NCBI RefSeq assembly: GCF_006345805.1 | Contig: NC_043001.1 | Location: 7,998,001-8,062,000, forward strand | DNA length: 64,000 nucleotides | Direction of reading: 5' to 3' | Source: Octopus sinensis | Lineage: Eukaryota | Shown here: positions 24,692-36,466 of the stretch, one piece after another | How the letters are laid out: each line of letters starts with the position of its first letter | Numbering within the stretch: the first letter of the stretch is position 1 | Program-made: the position numbers and the translations under genes | Notes under the pieces: generated by a model | The model's database searches: none | What the model saw: only the letters and a program-made list of their open reading frames with translations | Told to the model about the DNA's origin: nothing

Positions 24692-25737
24692 ATATGTATG
24701 TATGTATATAATGTATATGTGTGTGTGTAGAAGGTTGAAAAAGAAAACACCAGTTGATATATATGAAAAAGTCAAGGTAGAAAATGCTAAAATAATTTCA
24801 CGACGTCGAACCGACAACATTAGGGAGAGAGAGGGAGAAAGAGAGAGAGGCAGAAACAAGGAAGCTTCCCCTTGTATTTGAATAGCATGTAAATACACTT
24901 TTAAAAATTTGTCTTTTAATTTTCCCAAAATTTAATTTTTTTCCATACTAAGTTGAAAATTCACAATGACTGAAACCGTTACTACAATGTTTTATATAAA
25001 ATTATTTTAGCATTTTCTACCTTGACTTCGTTTTCACTGTATATATATATATATATATGGTAACAAACAAAAAACGTATAACGAAAGAACATTCAACAAA
25101 ATTGGTGCAATTAAACTCGGCACCTTTGCAGCTTTACATTTGAATAGGTTTGCCCTTTACTATTTTTCAGAGATGGTGTGACATTTGTCATACAAACAGT
25201 GTGACAATAATTTCAGCTACCATATAACCGAGTATAGTAGTCGGTATACTTATATCTACTAGCAGTTGGAGACATTTTGCCATGTTATCTTAATTGTAAA
25301 TATCCCTTCATAAATTAACAGGATCTATGGAACGCTTTGGAGAAATGAATAATGTTTATAAATATATTCAGCTTTCAAATATGTAGAAATGTCATCCATG
25401 TATCTTTCAAGGAGTAAATGACGTTTGAATAAAATTCAAATGGTATTGATGTTACATTCATTATGTACGTATGTTGATACACGCCTCTTAGCGGCGGTTA
25501 TCTGTTATGGGAAACTCCCTTGAAAGTCGCTTAGCCGGCAAAACGAAACACTGCAGAGATGAACAGGGACAGATATCCTAGAATCTTACGTTCTCTGAAA
25601 GAAATATCACACAGCCAAAAAGGCTTTACCAATACACACAAACACATATATATAGACACAGCCACACACATAAACACGCATAATAAGTCACAAAGAACAC
25701 ACCGTATCCTAATATATGTGTGTGTGTACGTGTGTTT

Positions 25738-25770
<33 letters not shown>

Positions 25771-25793
25771 TATACATATATATGTGTATATAC

Positions 25794-25843
<50 letters not shown>

Positions 25844-25848
25844 GTATA

Positions 25849-25888
<40 letters not shown>

Positions 25889-26411
25889 GGTATGTAGAAA
25901 AATACAACATGGACAAGAACGTATAACTCATAGAAGACGATACAATAAACATGGACAGGACATTCGAACCCCTCAGTCTTCAGTCAAGAACCGGATCATC
26001 GTAGTAATTTCGGCTGATTAATCTTGAATATATATATATATATGTACTAATACATCTGTTTGTTTTGTACACCATCTGTCATCGTCTTTTGTTTTTTTCG
26101 TAAACTCTCCCTATATATATATTTACAAGTATACATATGCGTAAAGTTATATAAATAAGGGTACGATCATTATTTTAAAATACCGATCATATCAAGTGGC
26201 CAGCATGGAAATAGAAACCTTATAGGCAATGATTATTATTAAAATTATAATTAAGAGTATCTAAAAGATAACACCATGCTAGAGATAGCAGTCAAAACTT
26301 GACTCTAAAACTCTAATTCTTTTGCTAGATTATTTGTATATTTGTCTTTTCTACTGGTGCTGTATGATAACTTGATGTGGTTTTAGAGTTAGGTCTTGAC
26401 TGCTATCTCTG

Positions 26412-26488
<77 letters not shown>

Positions 26489-26535
26489 AGAGAGAGAGAG
26501 AGAGATACATACATACATACATACATAAACATACA

Positions 26536-26569
<34 letters not shown>

Positions 26570-26611
26570 CATACATACATAGAGAGATAGGCAGACAGAT
26601 AGATAGATATA

Positions 26612-26947
26612 TCTTTCTTTATTAGCCACACATGGCTGCACACAGACGGGACAGATTACAAAGTAGAGCTTTTCTTTAGGGGGAGAGAAAAAAAGGGTGG
26701 GTTAGGTTTTCGATCTAAAGGGATCGTAAAAGGGAAAGAAGAAACAATAGGGAATAAGGGGGAAAAAGATCAATAGGGATCATATATTATAGTGTAATTG
26801 TGTAAATGGTCAAGAGGAAAGTAGTTCAGGCTTATCCGTGGGAAGAAAAGAGTAAGGAAAAGACCACGGTAACCTCGGTCAATGACGTTACATGTTACCA
26901 CACTTGTTTGCAAGTAGGTAACTCTCTGTTTTAGATTTTCCGGGTTT

Positions 26948-26948
<1 letters not shown>
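26612..26948 (-). mobile_element. 3' end of a LINE-like element embedded in (GATA)n/(TATC)n, copy 1
   Basis: Shares tttctttattagccacaca.ggctgcacacaga...caaattacaa.gtagagcttt...cgatc.aaagggatcgtaaaagg...gatcaatagggatc with 27245-27479. The minus-strand end ctaataaagaaa runs into TATC repeats. Confidence 0.7.
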
Positions 26949-27001
<53 letters not shown>

Positions 27002-27053
27002 GGATAGATAGAGAGAGAGAGAGACAGACAGACAAACAGACACAGAGTTAGAC

Positions 27054-27108
<55 letters not shown>

Positions 27109-27177
27109 CATACAGACAGACAGATAGATAGACAGGCAGATATATAGATATACTGACAGATAGATAGATAGACTGAC

Positions 27178-27241
<64 letters not shown>
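26948..27241. repeat. (GATA)n/(GACA)n compound microsatellite
   Basis: Direct reading. Similar tracts at 36375-36485 and 50960-51038. Confidence 0.95.
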
Positions 27242-27242
<1 letters not shown>

Positions 27243-27244
27243 TG

Positions 27245-27479
27245 TTTCTTTATTAGCCACACAGGGCTGCACACAGATAGAACAAATTACAAGGTAGAGC
27301 TTTATTTTGAAGGTATTAAAAAAAAAAAAAAAAAAAGGAAAGGGGAGGTTCGATCAAAAGGGATCGTAAAAGGAGAGAAAGAGGACAAAAATAAGGGGGG
27401 TAAAAAAAAAAAAAAAAAAAAAAAAAAGGTGAGAGGAAAAAAAATGATCAATAGGGATCGTTATCACAGAAATGTCAAT
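27245..27479 (-). mobile_element. 3' end of the same (GATA)n-embedded element, copy 2 (runs into the assembly gap)
   Basis: Direct homology to 26612-26780. Its 3' junction lies in the GATA/GACA tract at 26948-27241. Confidence 0.7.
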
Positions 27480-27579
27480 NNNNNNNNNNNNNNNNNNNNN
27501 NNNNNNNNNNNNNNNNNNNNNNNNNNNNNNNNNNNNNNNNNNNNNNNNNNNNNNNNNNNNNNNNNNNNNNNNNNNNNNN
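27480..27579. other. Assembly gap (100 N)
   Basis: Run of 100 N; the true length is unknown. Confidence 1.
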
Positions 27580-27899
27580 CACAACGATTAAAACAAAATA
27601 TTTGACAACAAGGAGTTTTAAACATGTAAAAGTGGCCAACTTACTGGAGCCGATATGACTAGCGTCCGTCCATTGTGATAGAGATGAGGAGATAGATAGA
27701 TAGATATATGTATGTATCTAAGTGTGTGAGTATGTGTTTGTGTGTGAACCTTAGCTACAATATAATTCACTGCTTTTATTACAGGCTTTATTCATCTCTT
27801 TTATACTTCATGTCTAACAAATGGCTGATTTTGAGATTTCATACTAGCAAAATATATGTGCGTGTAGTGAGTAATTACCTAATTTTGAATGTAGAAAGT

Positions 27900-28850
27900 A
27901 TTGTGTCCCTTATTGTTAGGATATATTTTGTTATCAGCAAAGTTTCTCTTCTTCTATAGTCATCAGGTATTTCTACAGAAATGCAGTGGCTTCATACACC
28001 TCGGGCGATACGTGTAATATCATTTTTAGTTGTTTTTTTCTTAAATTTAGATATGATGTTATGCGTGCATATTTTAACAAGAAAAAAGCTTAGCATTAGC
28101 TCACGTATAAATCACCTAGAGGGAATTATATACTTCAGAATAATTCCCAGTTTGCTTGTTTTCCCCTGCAACAAATTAGGTCAGTGCACTATCCATTTTG
28201 AATGAACCATTGTGCGGCCCTATGCTATTCCTGAATCTGTTGTACTTCAAATATCTTCACTATACTCGTGGCTTAAATGTATTCTCTATCTCTTCTCGTC
28301 TGTATGTCCTTCATCACATAGAACTTGTTAGTGGATATATCAGACAGTCAGTAAATTTTTAACCACGAGATGATTGATTCATAGGCATCATTGAATTAGC
28401 TGTCTTTCATTATTAAAGCATCATCTATACAATTAGTGCATCATCATCAAATTATTCCATATCCGTAATATATGCGGTGAAATCATAGTTTTGCGTTATC
28501 TTTTGCAAAATTCGCATTTATACTCCTCCAATAGGTGCTCCAATGTATAAAATAGCATCGCATTTTATTACGAATTGTAGTTTCAACTAAACATTAGGAG
28601 TGTTATCCCAATGAATTCCATTTACATCATCATAAACAACTACAGACACTTCAAACAATGAGAAATGGTTCCAAATACAGAGAATTCATTACCCCTTCTT
28701 TGAATAGCATGCAGTACGTAATATTTACAAAGTCATTTGTGTTTTCTTCCTATTTTAAATTCAACATAAATTGTTGCTCAACTGCTGGAATTGCAACAGA
28801 GAATCACTTACCAAATTTACGATATGTTTAACAGCAAATTTGAAGAGGCA
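27900..28850 (-). mobile_element. Highly decayed LINE RT remnant (CR1/L2-like)
   Basis: Minus-strand fragments FGTISH (AFDTxSH), LQFVIK...GAPIGGV (GVPQGS) and YITDME*FDDD (YADD region), with many stops. Confidence 0.4.
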
Positions 28851-28964
28851 ATCTGAAATCCGGTTGTAATATAATAGCAGAAATCTCTCTTCATTGCTTA
28901 GAAAATTTCTCCTCATGAAGTTGCTTTGTAAATTTTCTGAAAATTACCATCATAAATATGAATA

Positions 28965-29383
28965 GGCGCAGGAGTGGGTGTGTGGTAAGTAGGTTTCTAA
29001 CCAACCACATGGTTCCGGGTTCAGTTCCACTGCGTGGCACCTTGGGCAAGTGTCTTCTGCTATTTCCCCGGGCCGACCAATGCCTTGTGAGTGGATTTGG
29101 TAGACGGAAACTGAAAGAAGCCTGTCGTATATATGTATATATATATATACATATGTATGTGTGTATGTGCTTGTATGTCTGTGTTTGTCCCCCTAGCATT
29201 GCTTGACAACCGATGCTGGTGTGTTTAACCTCCCCGTCACTTAGCGGTTCGGCAAAATAGACCGATAGAATAAATACTGGGCTTACAAAGAATAAGCCCC
29301 GGGGTCCAGTTGCTCAACTAAACAGGCGGTACTCCAGCATGGCCGCAGTCAAATGACTGAAACAAGTAAAGGAGTAAAGGAGT
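28965..29383 (+). mobile_element. SINE family A copy, full length
   Basis: Direct homology to 6445-6939. Confidence 0.9.
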
Positions 29384-29644
29384 CTTCAATAATGAATCAT
29401 TGTTTTTAACGTGTATTAGGATTAACTTAAATTAAATCTGCCTATATACTAGCGATCACATTATCTTCATATATAATCTCCGTTTCCGCAGTTCTGTATT
29501 TGTCACAAAAAGAAGGGATTTGAAACCAGAATAAATATAGCCACTCTGCTGCTATTGATGAAATATAGTTAGTTTAGTCAATAGAACGATCTATTTGTAA
29601 ACGCTCTGCATATGATTAAGCTATTTCTTCTAATTTTACAAAAC

Positions 29645-29837
29645 ACCGAAGTAGTTATTTACATTATTTACATTTGACAGATATTTCTCTTCATCGTGTT
29701 TGTTGACACAGCGTTTCGACTGATATACTCTCCAGGCTTCATCAGCTGTCTTGTGGTGATTTCGAACTTCGGTTCTAATTCCTAAGTTATTTTCGATGTT
29801 GTTGTTGTTGTTGTTATTATTATTATTATTATTATGA

Positions 29838-29868
<31 letters not shown>

Positions 29869-29971
29869 TCAGGTCACTGCCTGTAATCGAACTCTTAACC
29901 ACTACGCCACATGTAAATAATGCAAATAATGTACATAATGTACATAATTCCTCATCTCTCAAATATAGAAC
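29645..29971 (-). mobile_element. Composite tRNA-like head - (TAA)n(CAA)n - body - PLE-type hammerhead motif - tail
   Basis: Minus strand reads tggcgtagtggttaagag[deletion]ttcgattacaggcagtgacctgaatagtaataat...catcgaaaataacttaggaattagaacc...acagCTGATGAagcctggagagtatatcagtcGAAAcgctgtgtcaacaaacacgatgaagagaaatatctgtcaaatgtaaataatgt. The same head occurs at 10861-10925 and 38270-38340, and the same body/tail at 40790-40980. Confidence 0.75.
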
Positions 29972-30810
29972 CTAATTTTTTGTTTCCTTCTCCGGTAATT
30001 CATTCAACATTGGCCTTATATATTCAGGCGTACATTTTACATTGCCTTTGTGACCTAGCCTAGTTTCACCACTTATTTTGACAACACATATATCAGCTAA
30101 TATTATTTATTCTTCTATTTGCCGCATATTAAATCTGCAATGAAAAACCTACCAACAGGCTGAAGTAGAAAACTTAATAGTGCCGCGGGATTCACACATC
30201 AACCACTGTACAGTCAAAAGTGAATATCGTATGGTATTCGTTATATCATTTCTTTCTTTCAGTTGGATTAATACTCAATACCTAGCGGTCTTATAAAATA
30301 TTTCAGTAATTTATGAATTCATCATTTTCAAGTGATATGAAATTCAACTCTCAACTCCCAAACGCGAAGTAAGATACGATTATTTCCGTTAGAACCAAGA
30401 TCATTCATCTACAGATAATACCTTTAAAATTCTATACAAGGAAGCCAGCATTCAGTTCTGTAAATTTTAAATTATTTACGTATCCCTATCATATCATAAT
30501 CTCGCCATTTTCTCGTAAACATTTTAACCGCTAAAATCTCTACAAATTAACATTTATTTTGAAATCATTCATTGGTTTGTATTTATTTGTTTGCCAACCG
30601 AAGAAATTTTTCCCTTCTGACGATAGTTTAAGAAAGCTATGGGTCGTCATCAAACGGCGATTATTTTTCTTTTTAATTTACAGTTCCATCATGTATTCTA
30701 AACATTTACACTTATTGTCGTCTTAGACAATAAAATGATTAATTTCATTAACCTTTACCCCTTCACAGTTATTAATGTCATTTTTTTCTCCTTTCGGCTA
30801 TTTTTATTCC

Positions 30811-30905
30811 GTATCGGTGAGGGACATCAAAATGCACCATCGGTTGTCAAGCGATGGTGAGGGGACAAGCACAGACACACAACATATATACACACACACA
30901 TGCAC

Positions 30906-30939
<34 letters not shown>

Positions 30940-31334
30940 TGTGTGTGTGTGTGTGTGTGTGTTGTGTGTGTGTATCTGTGTGTGTGTGTGTGTGTGTGTG
31001 TGTTTGTGCATATGTGGGCACAGGACGTCACAAAACGTGTACAACAGAAATATACGAAGTACGAGTACATGCAATATGAACGAGTTTTTTGAGCAATGAA
31101 AGGCACAAATGGAAAACAAGACATACAACATAAAGAGCGACCCCTCGTGTCAGTTGTTGGCAGCTTTTCTACTCTGCTTCTTTCAATTCCCGTGTACCAA
31201 ATCCACTCACAAAATCTCTCGTTTGACCGAGGCTATAGTAGAAAACACTTGCCCAAGGTGCCGCGCAGTGGGACTGAACCCGGAACCATGTGGCTGGTAA
31301 GAAAGCTATTTATCACACAGCCACTCCTGCGCCT
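30811..31334 (-). mobile_element. SINE family A copy, tail truncated, with an unrelated insert at about 31020-31165
   Basis: Head at 31170-31334 (ccactcctgcgcct) and middle segment at 30811-30880 are homologous to the other copies. Confidence 0.8.
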
Positions 31335-31879
31335 ATATGTATATAATGCCTTCATTGTTTTCCAGAAGTCCAGAAGCACACACATGCACATATATGCAAT
31401 CCAGCATAACTATCATTTGAAGGTGAACTGGTGTGTTGGTCGGGGTTTCCATTACATCTTGTAGTATGTCAGCTAAAGTTAAGTAACAAACCATTTCGTA
31501 GTTGTTCTTTTTTTCAATCCACTCAAAAGAAAAATCTGTCATTGCTCATCGTTTTGACTAGACAACGAGACTGCTTTATTCGATATATTTTAAAGCATTT
31601 ACTTGAAAATAGGATAGAATAAAGTCTTCGCTGATTTACAAGCAAGAAATGCAACTCAGACGTTTCGTAACGATGTTAGTTTCTGAGTGAATTACATTAT
31701 GTCGTTGAAGCATAAAAAGAAAAAAGAAACAACTGGCTCGTCTTATTGAATCCATCGAGCAAATAAATTCCCGTTTGATGCCGAATATAAGTGTGTGTAT
31801 GTGTGTTTGTGTGTATGTGTGTGCATGTGTGAGTATGCACGTATACTTATGTATGTGTTTATATATATATAAACACACA

Positions 31880-32312
31880 CACAAACACATAATAGTGTGG
31901 AGCGAAGTGAAAACGTTTGAAAATGCCAGGATAACGGACGCAAGACACAGGAGATATTTAAGGAAGAATTTTTCAATCGAGAAGGTGAATCACAATGGAT
32001 TTTGTGTTCACAGCTTGTTATAGAGCATGCCTTTCCTTTGCTGGGCTCAAATCTCATTTGCGAACCCATGGGAAACGAATCTCCACCAACTATTCTACCT
32101 ATGTGTCTGTGCACACCTTTCAATGCAATGTATGCCAGAATGTTAGCAAATCTAATGGAAGCCTAAAAAGTTATTTTGAAATCTACCCGGATCAGTACTT
32201 ATCCGAACTTCTTGGTGGTCCAAATTGGATATGGAATCTCTGTGGGTGTCTTTTCAATATATTGTCTCCTTTCAAAAGCCACATCAGATGCCATGATGGT
32301 TGTAAGGATTAG
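31880..32312 (+). mobile_element. Probable RTE-type LINE 3' end with three degenerate C2H2-like zinc fingers
   Basis: IVWSEVKTFENARITDARHRRYLRK followed (frameshift) by FTACYRACLSFAGLKSHLRTH, FQCNVCQNVSKSNGSLKSY and WNLCGCLFNILSPFKSHIRCH. The linkers are not TGEKP. RTE assignment is by resemblance to the RTE C-terminal CxxC..S..GL.SH.R.H motif. Confidence 0.55.
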
Positions 32313-34070
32313 GTACGGAGGTATTCGAATTCTGCCTATGGAATAAACAACTACCATACATATATACATACCATATGCGTACACACACACACATATATGT
32401 ATATATATATATATAATATATATATATATACATATACATATGTAGAAATAATTAAGATTCAGTTGAATTAGGTACTTAAGATGACGCACAAAGTAAGTCC
32501 GGTACTATCCACACAGCTCCAAATAAGGTGAATAAAAGCAAAATAAGTTAGAGTATTTCAAGTAGCAATGCACTACGACTGTTTCAAGCGGCTGCATTTA
32601 AGTGAACAGCAATTTAAATGCGGTGCTATCTGCAGCTACACAAAATATTAAATTATTTTAACAAGTATGACACGTTAATACAATTATTCTCTATAAATTC
32701 TTCTTATTTTGTTTTCTTATTTTCATATCCTTAATTAGTAACCTCTTATTCCTTATAGATTATTGCTTTTCGTTCGTAAATTTGTATTTTTCATTTACTT
32801 AGGTCTATGCAAGATACTTATACTATATTCATGTAAGCGTATAAATGTTTGTGCATATGTATATATGCATATATGCACATGTGTGTGTGTTAATGTATGT
32901 ATATATATATATAATATATATATATATAATATATATATATATATAATATATATATATAAAACTTCTTGTATATGTATATATCTGCATTATGTTACATTCT
33001 ACATATACTTATATCAGTACATATTTTTTCAGTATTTATATCTTTAATACTTTAGATTTTATGTTTAAATATGATTTAACTTTAGATTTGTGTTTAAATA
33101 CGTCTATGTATTAGCAGTACCTCAATATCCCGCATCTGGTTCATAACTTAAAATTTATAGACAGTATGTACATCTTTCCAGATATTTCATATGTAAGTGC
33201 CTTGAGCAGTCTTTACGGAAACCACCTAATAATTAATTAAGTACAAGAATTGCTGTTAAACTGATTCTACATCATCTTCTTTGTTAATGTTTATAATTGA
33301 TATATACAGACATCTTAACTATTGTTTATGATATTTTAGAATTCTTAAATTTTATTTTATAGAACATAACAATATTGTTTAGAAAATCCCTACTCCCATT
33401 GTGTCACTAATAAATTTTCTCTGCATTAGCATCTTAAATTTCTTAGTGTCTGGTCCCTTTAACTGATAATTAATATCATAATTTAAAGTCTGCCCTACCT
33501 TGCCTCTTTTTCTTTTTTGGGTGGTGGGGGGCAGTTACTTCTATCAAATTGACTCTTCCTAATGTTTTATGTCCTTTCCCTATGATACTACTTCTGACCA
33601 TACCTAGCCATGAGCTGTCAACTTACTCCTGTTCTTTATTCAAAATAGACACAGTCTTCTAGTTTCAGATTTAATAGATGATAAAGAGATAAATATATTA
33701 AAAATGAATTACAAGCCTTACAACCCTACGACCGCATTATGCTCCTTGCTATTCTAAGGATTTGTAGCCTATTCTTAGCCACTTTGTAGAATAGCAACAA
33801 CATGACTTTCTTCTACATCCTTACTCTGTTAAAATATTTAAGAAAGATTATATTAATATGTTCTTCTTGTTAAAAAAAAACTATATTTTGTGCAGCTGAA
33901 GACAGCACTGAATTTAAATTGATGTAATAATTGTTTTGTTCAATCAAAAGGACCCGCTTGAAACGTTCGTACTGCATTAGTAAATGATATCCGGCTACAT
34001 ATTTTGAATATAAATATATATATATAAATACATACACAGATACACATACACGTGTGCATGCGTGTTTTTA

Positions 34071-34143
<73 letters not shown>

Positions 34144-34158
34144 TACATGCACACACAC

Positions 34159-34202
<44 letters not shown>

Positions 34203-36154
34203 TATAATATATATATATACAGACACATATACGTGTGAATGTGTGTGTATGTGTGCGTGCACATAATTCTAATTACTTTACATTCTGCAAACACCGAGCT
34301 TTCTATTATTCATTAGAATCAGTGTCAAACCACAATACTTGGGAAATGTAAATATATTATTTCTAAATGTTGACTGATGTGTTATATAATTGTTTGCATT
34401 AAGAAAGAGACGAATTCCAATGATTTATACCAATAATACTATTAACAATCATAAACAATATAGCAGTGCTTAATTGCTGCTTATTATTATGGAACATTCT
34501 GTTCAGTTACACGAACTTAATTTATAGCATCTGAAATTATTCGAATCCATTTGCCTTAGACCCAAGCACATACTGATATCAACATATAATACTAAATTTA
34601 TGACAAACATATAGAGTTTTCATTCCCGAATATTACGAGTTAATTAATATTTCTGAAATTTATTTTGTATTAAACCTAATTCCACATCTAAGTCGTTAAT
34701 AAAGTTATATTTATATGATACTCACTGATTATTTATGTGTGCTATTACGGTAAGAAACGCAATTCTATTAAAGTTTGGCAAGATAGTTCCGTTTGTCTGG
34801 AAAGTAATAGTCGTTCATAATGTGTTCGAAAGTTGCGTTGGTGATGTAGGTTGAATTTTATTAAAAGCATAAACATTTGTTTGGAACGATACATTACTCG
34901 TAACACTCGCCCTTAAAAGATGAGTTCGAAAACGGTTGCAAAGCACATATTCAGCTAGTGGATGGGTATAATATATTTTTCATTTCATTAATTAAATTGG
35001 CACATTATCAAATATGAAACTGTTCTCTGTGAGATTGCCGTTGGGAAAACTTGAAATGTTTTGCTATAATGGTCAATACAGATATTAAAGTGATAACTAA
35101 TACAGGTTCCTCTCAATGAATGCAACACATATGTTTGATCATGGTTTCATAAACGATATTCTTATTTATCGGTAAGTAATGTAATGTTTAAATATCATCA
35201 AAGCGAAATATCAATCACCATTAACATTTATATAATAATTGCGAATGTATATACGCGTAATCTTGTTCAGCTCAACAGTAATTAAATTATAAATATTTCT
35301 CTAAGTTTTGCGTTGTGTTAAGAGCAGTATGATTCGAAATTCCCTATGAGCTTATATGCAATTATATCATGATTAACGGAAGGAAACGTATATGAATGTA
35401 AAAGTTGCTGAGGAACAGACAAATAAAAGATTAAATTCACTAAATCCAGTAGTATTTTTTTCAGAAATATTATCTCGTTGTACGTATTTGTAGTGTATTA
35501 GTTGTAGTAAGAATTTGTGCGTGTGAGAAAAATGTTTGTTATTTAGATGTAAAAATTTTGTATTGTTGCTTGAAAACAAACCAGATTGAAATTCTTATTA
35601 AATCCGCCCCGTTATCGATTTAACATTAGGAAATTAGAGAGTAAAAATTATTATAAACTGAAGTATAATCCCACCAATAAATATATGAGATTATATGTTT
35701 TGGAAAAAAGGTCATACACTCATCTGATAGAAATTAATTTGCACTTAACAGCCTCACACACTACGATAAAATTTTAAACTGACAAGGAAGAGAATTGAAT
35801 AACAGTCATTAAATTATTAGCATCTGATAATAATATCTCAAATGACAGCAGAAGATGCAACGCATAATAATATGAAGATAGAGTTCTGGTGTGTATACAT
35901 ATGATCTGAGTATGAAGGTATACAAAATCTAACAAAAACAGTTTAATGTTGGAAATCAATAACTGTGTAGTCAGCCTCTCCGTAGTTTTGATAAAGGCAT
36001 TGATGAACTGATGAAGCGATTAAACTTGCAAACGTCAACGTGCAGTGGATGCAGTTAGCTGAAGTATTTGAAATACGAGAAAGCAAAACTGCGTGTGTAC
36101 TGTCGGCGATCATTTTCCTCTGTCTTCCCTTCTTTGGATCTTTCCTTTTCTTAT

Positions 36155-36189
36155 GTTTCTGACGAAGAGCTCCGCTCGAAACGTTAAAC
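36155..36189 (+). ncRNA. Minimal type-I hammerhead ribozyme (PLE-type), core intact
   Basis: GUUU-CUGACGA-A-GAGC(UCC)GCUC-GAAA-CG-UU-AAAC: 4-bp stem I (GUUU/AAAC), CUGANGA core, 4-bp stem II, GAAA, and palindromic ACGU in place of stem III. Predicted cleavage is after U36185 (GUU site). Confidence 0.75.
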
Positions 36190-36276
36190 CCTCCTTCTTT
36201 CCTGAGCCTCCAATAACACTAAACTTGTTCCACGTCTTCGCGTTGTTGTTTTCTTTTTGTGTTTTCGTGCTTGTAT

Positions 36277-36334
<58 letters not shown>

Positions 36335-36335
36335 T

Positions 36336-36375
<40 letters not shown>

Positions 36376-36408
36376 TAGATAGATAGATAGACAGATAGAT
36401 AGATAGAT

Positions 36409-36466
<58 letters not shown>

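Noticed and set aside
25945-25990. Minus-strand CUGAAGA...GAGGGGUUC-GAA-UG-UC motif
   Set aside because: GAAA is incomplete and stem I is unpaired; at most a relic.
31654-31690. actcaga...tctgagt hairpin with GAAACGUC on the minus strand
   Set aside because: The CUGANGA core is absent.
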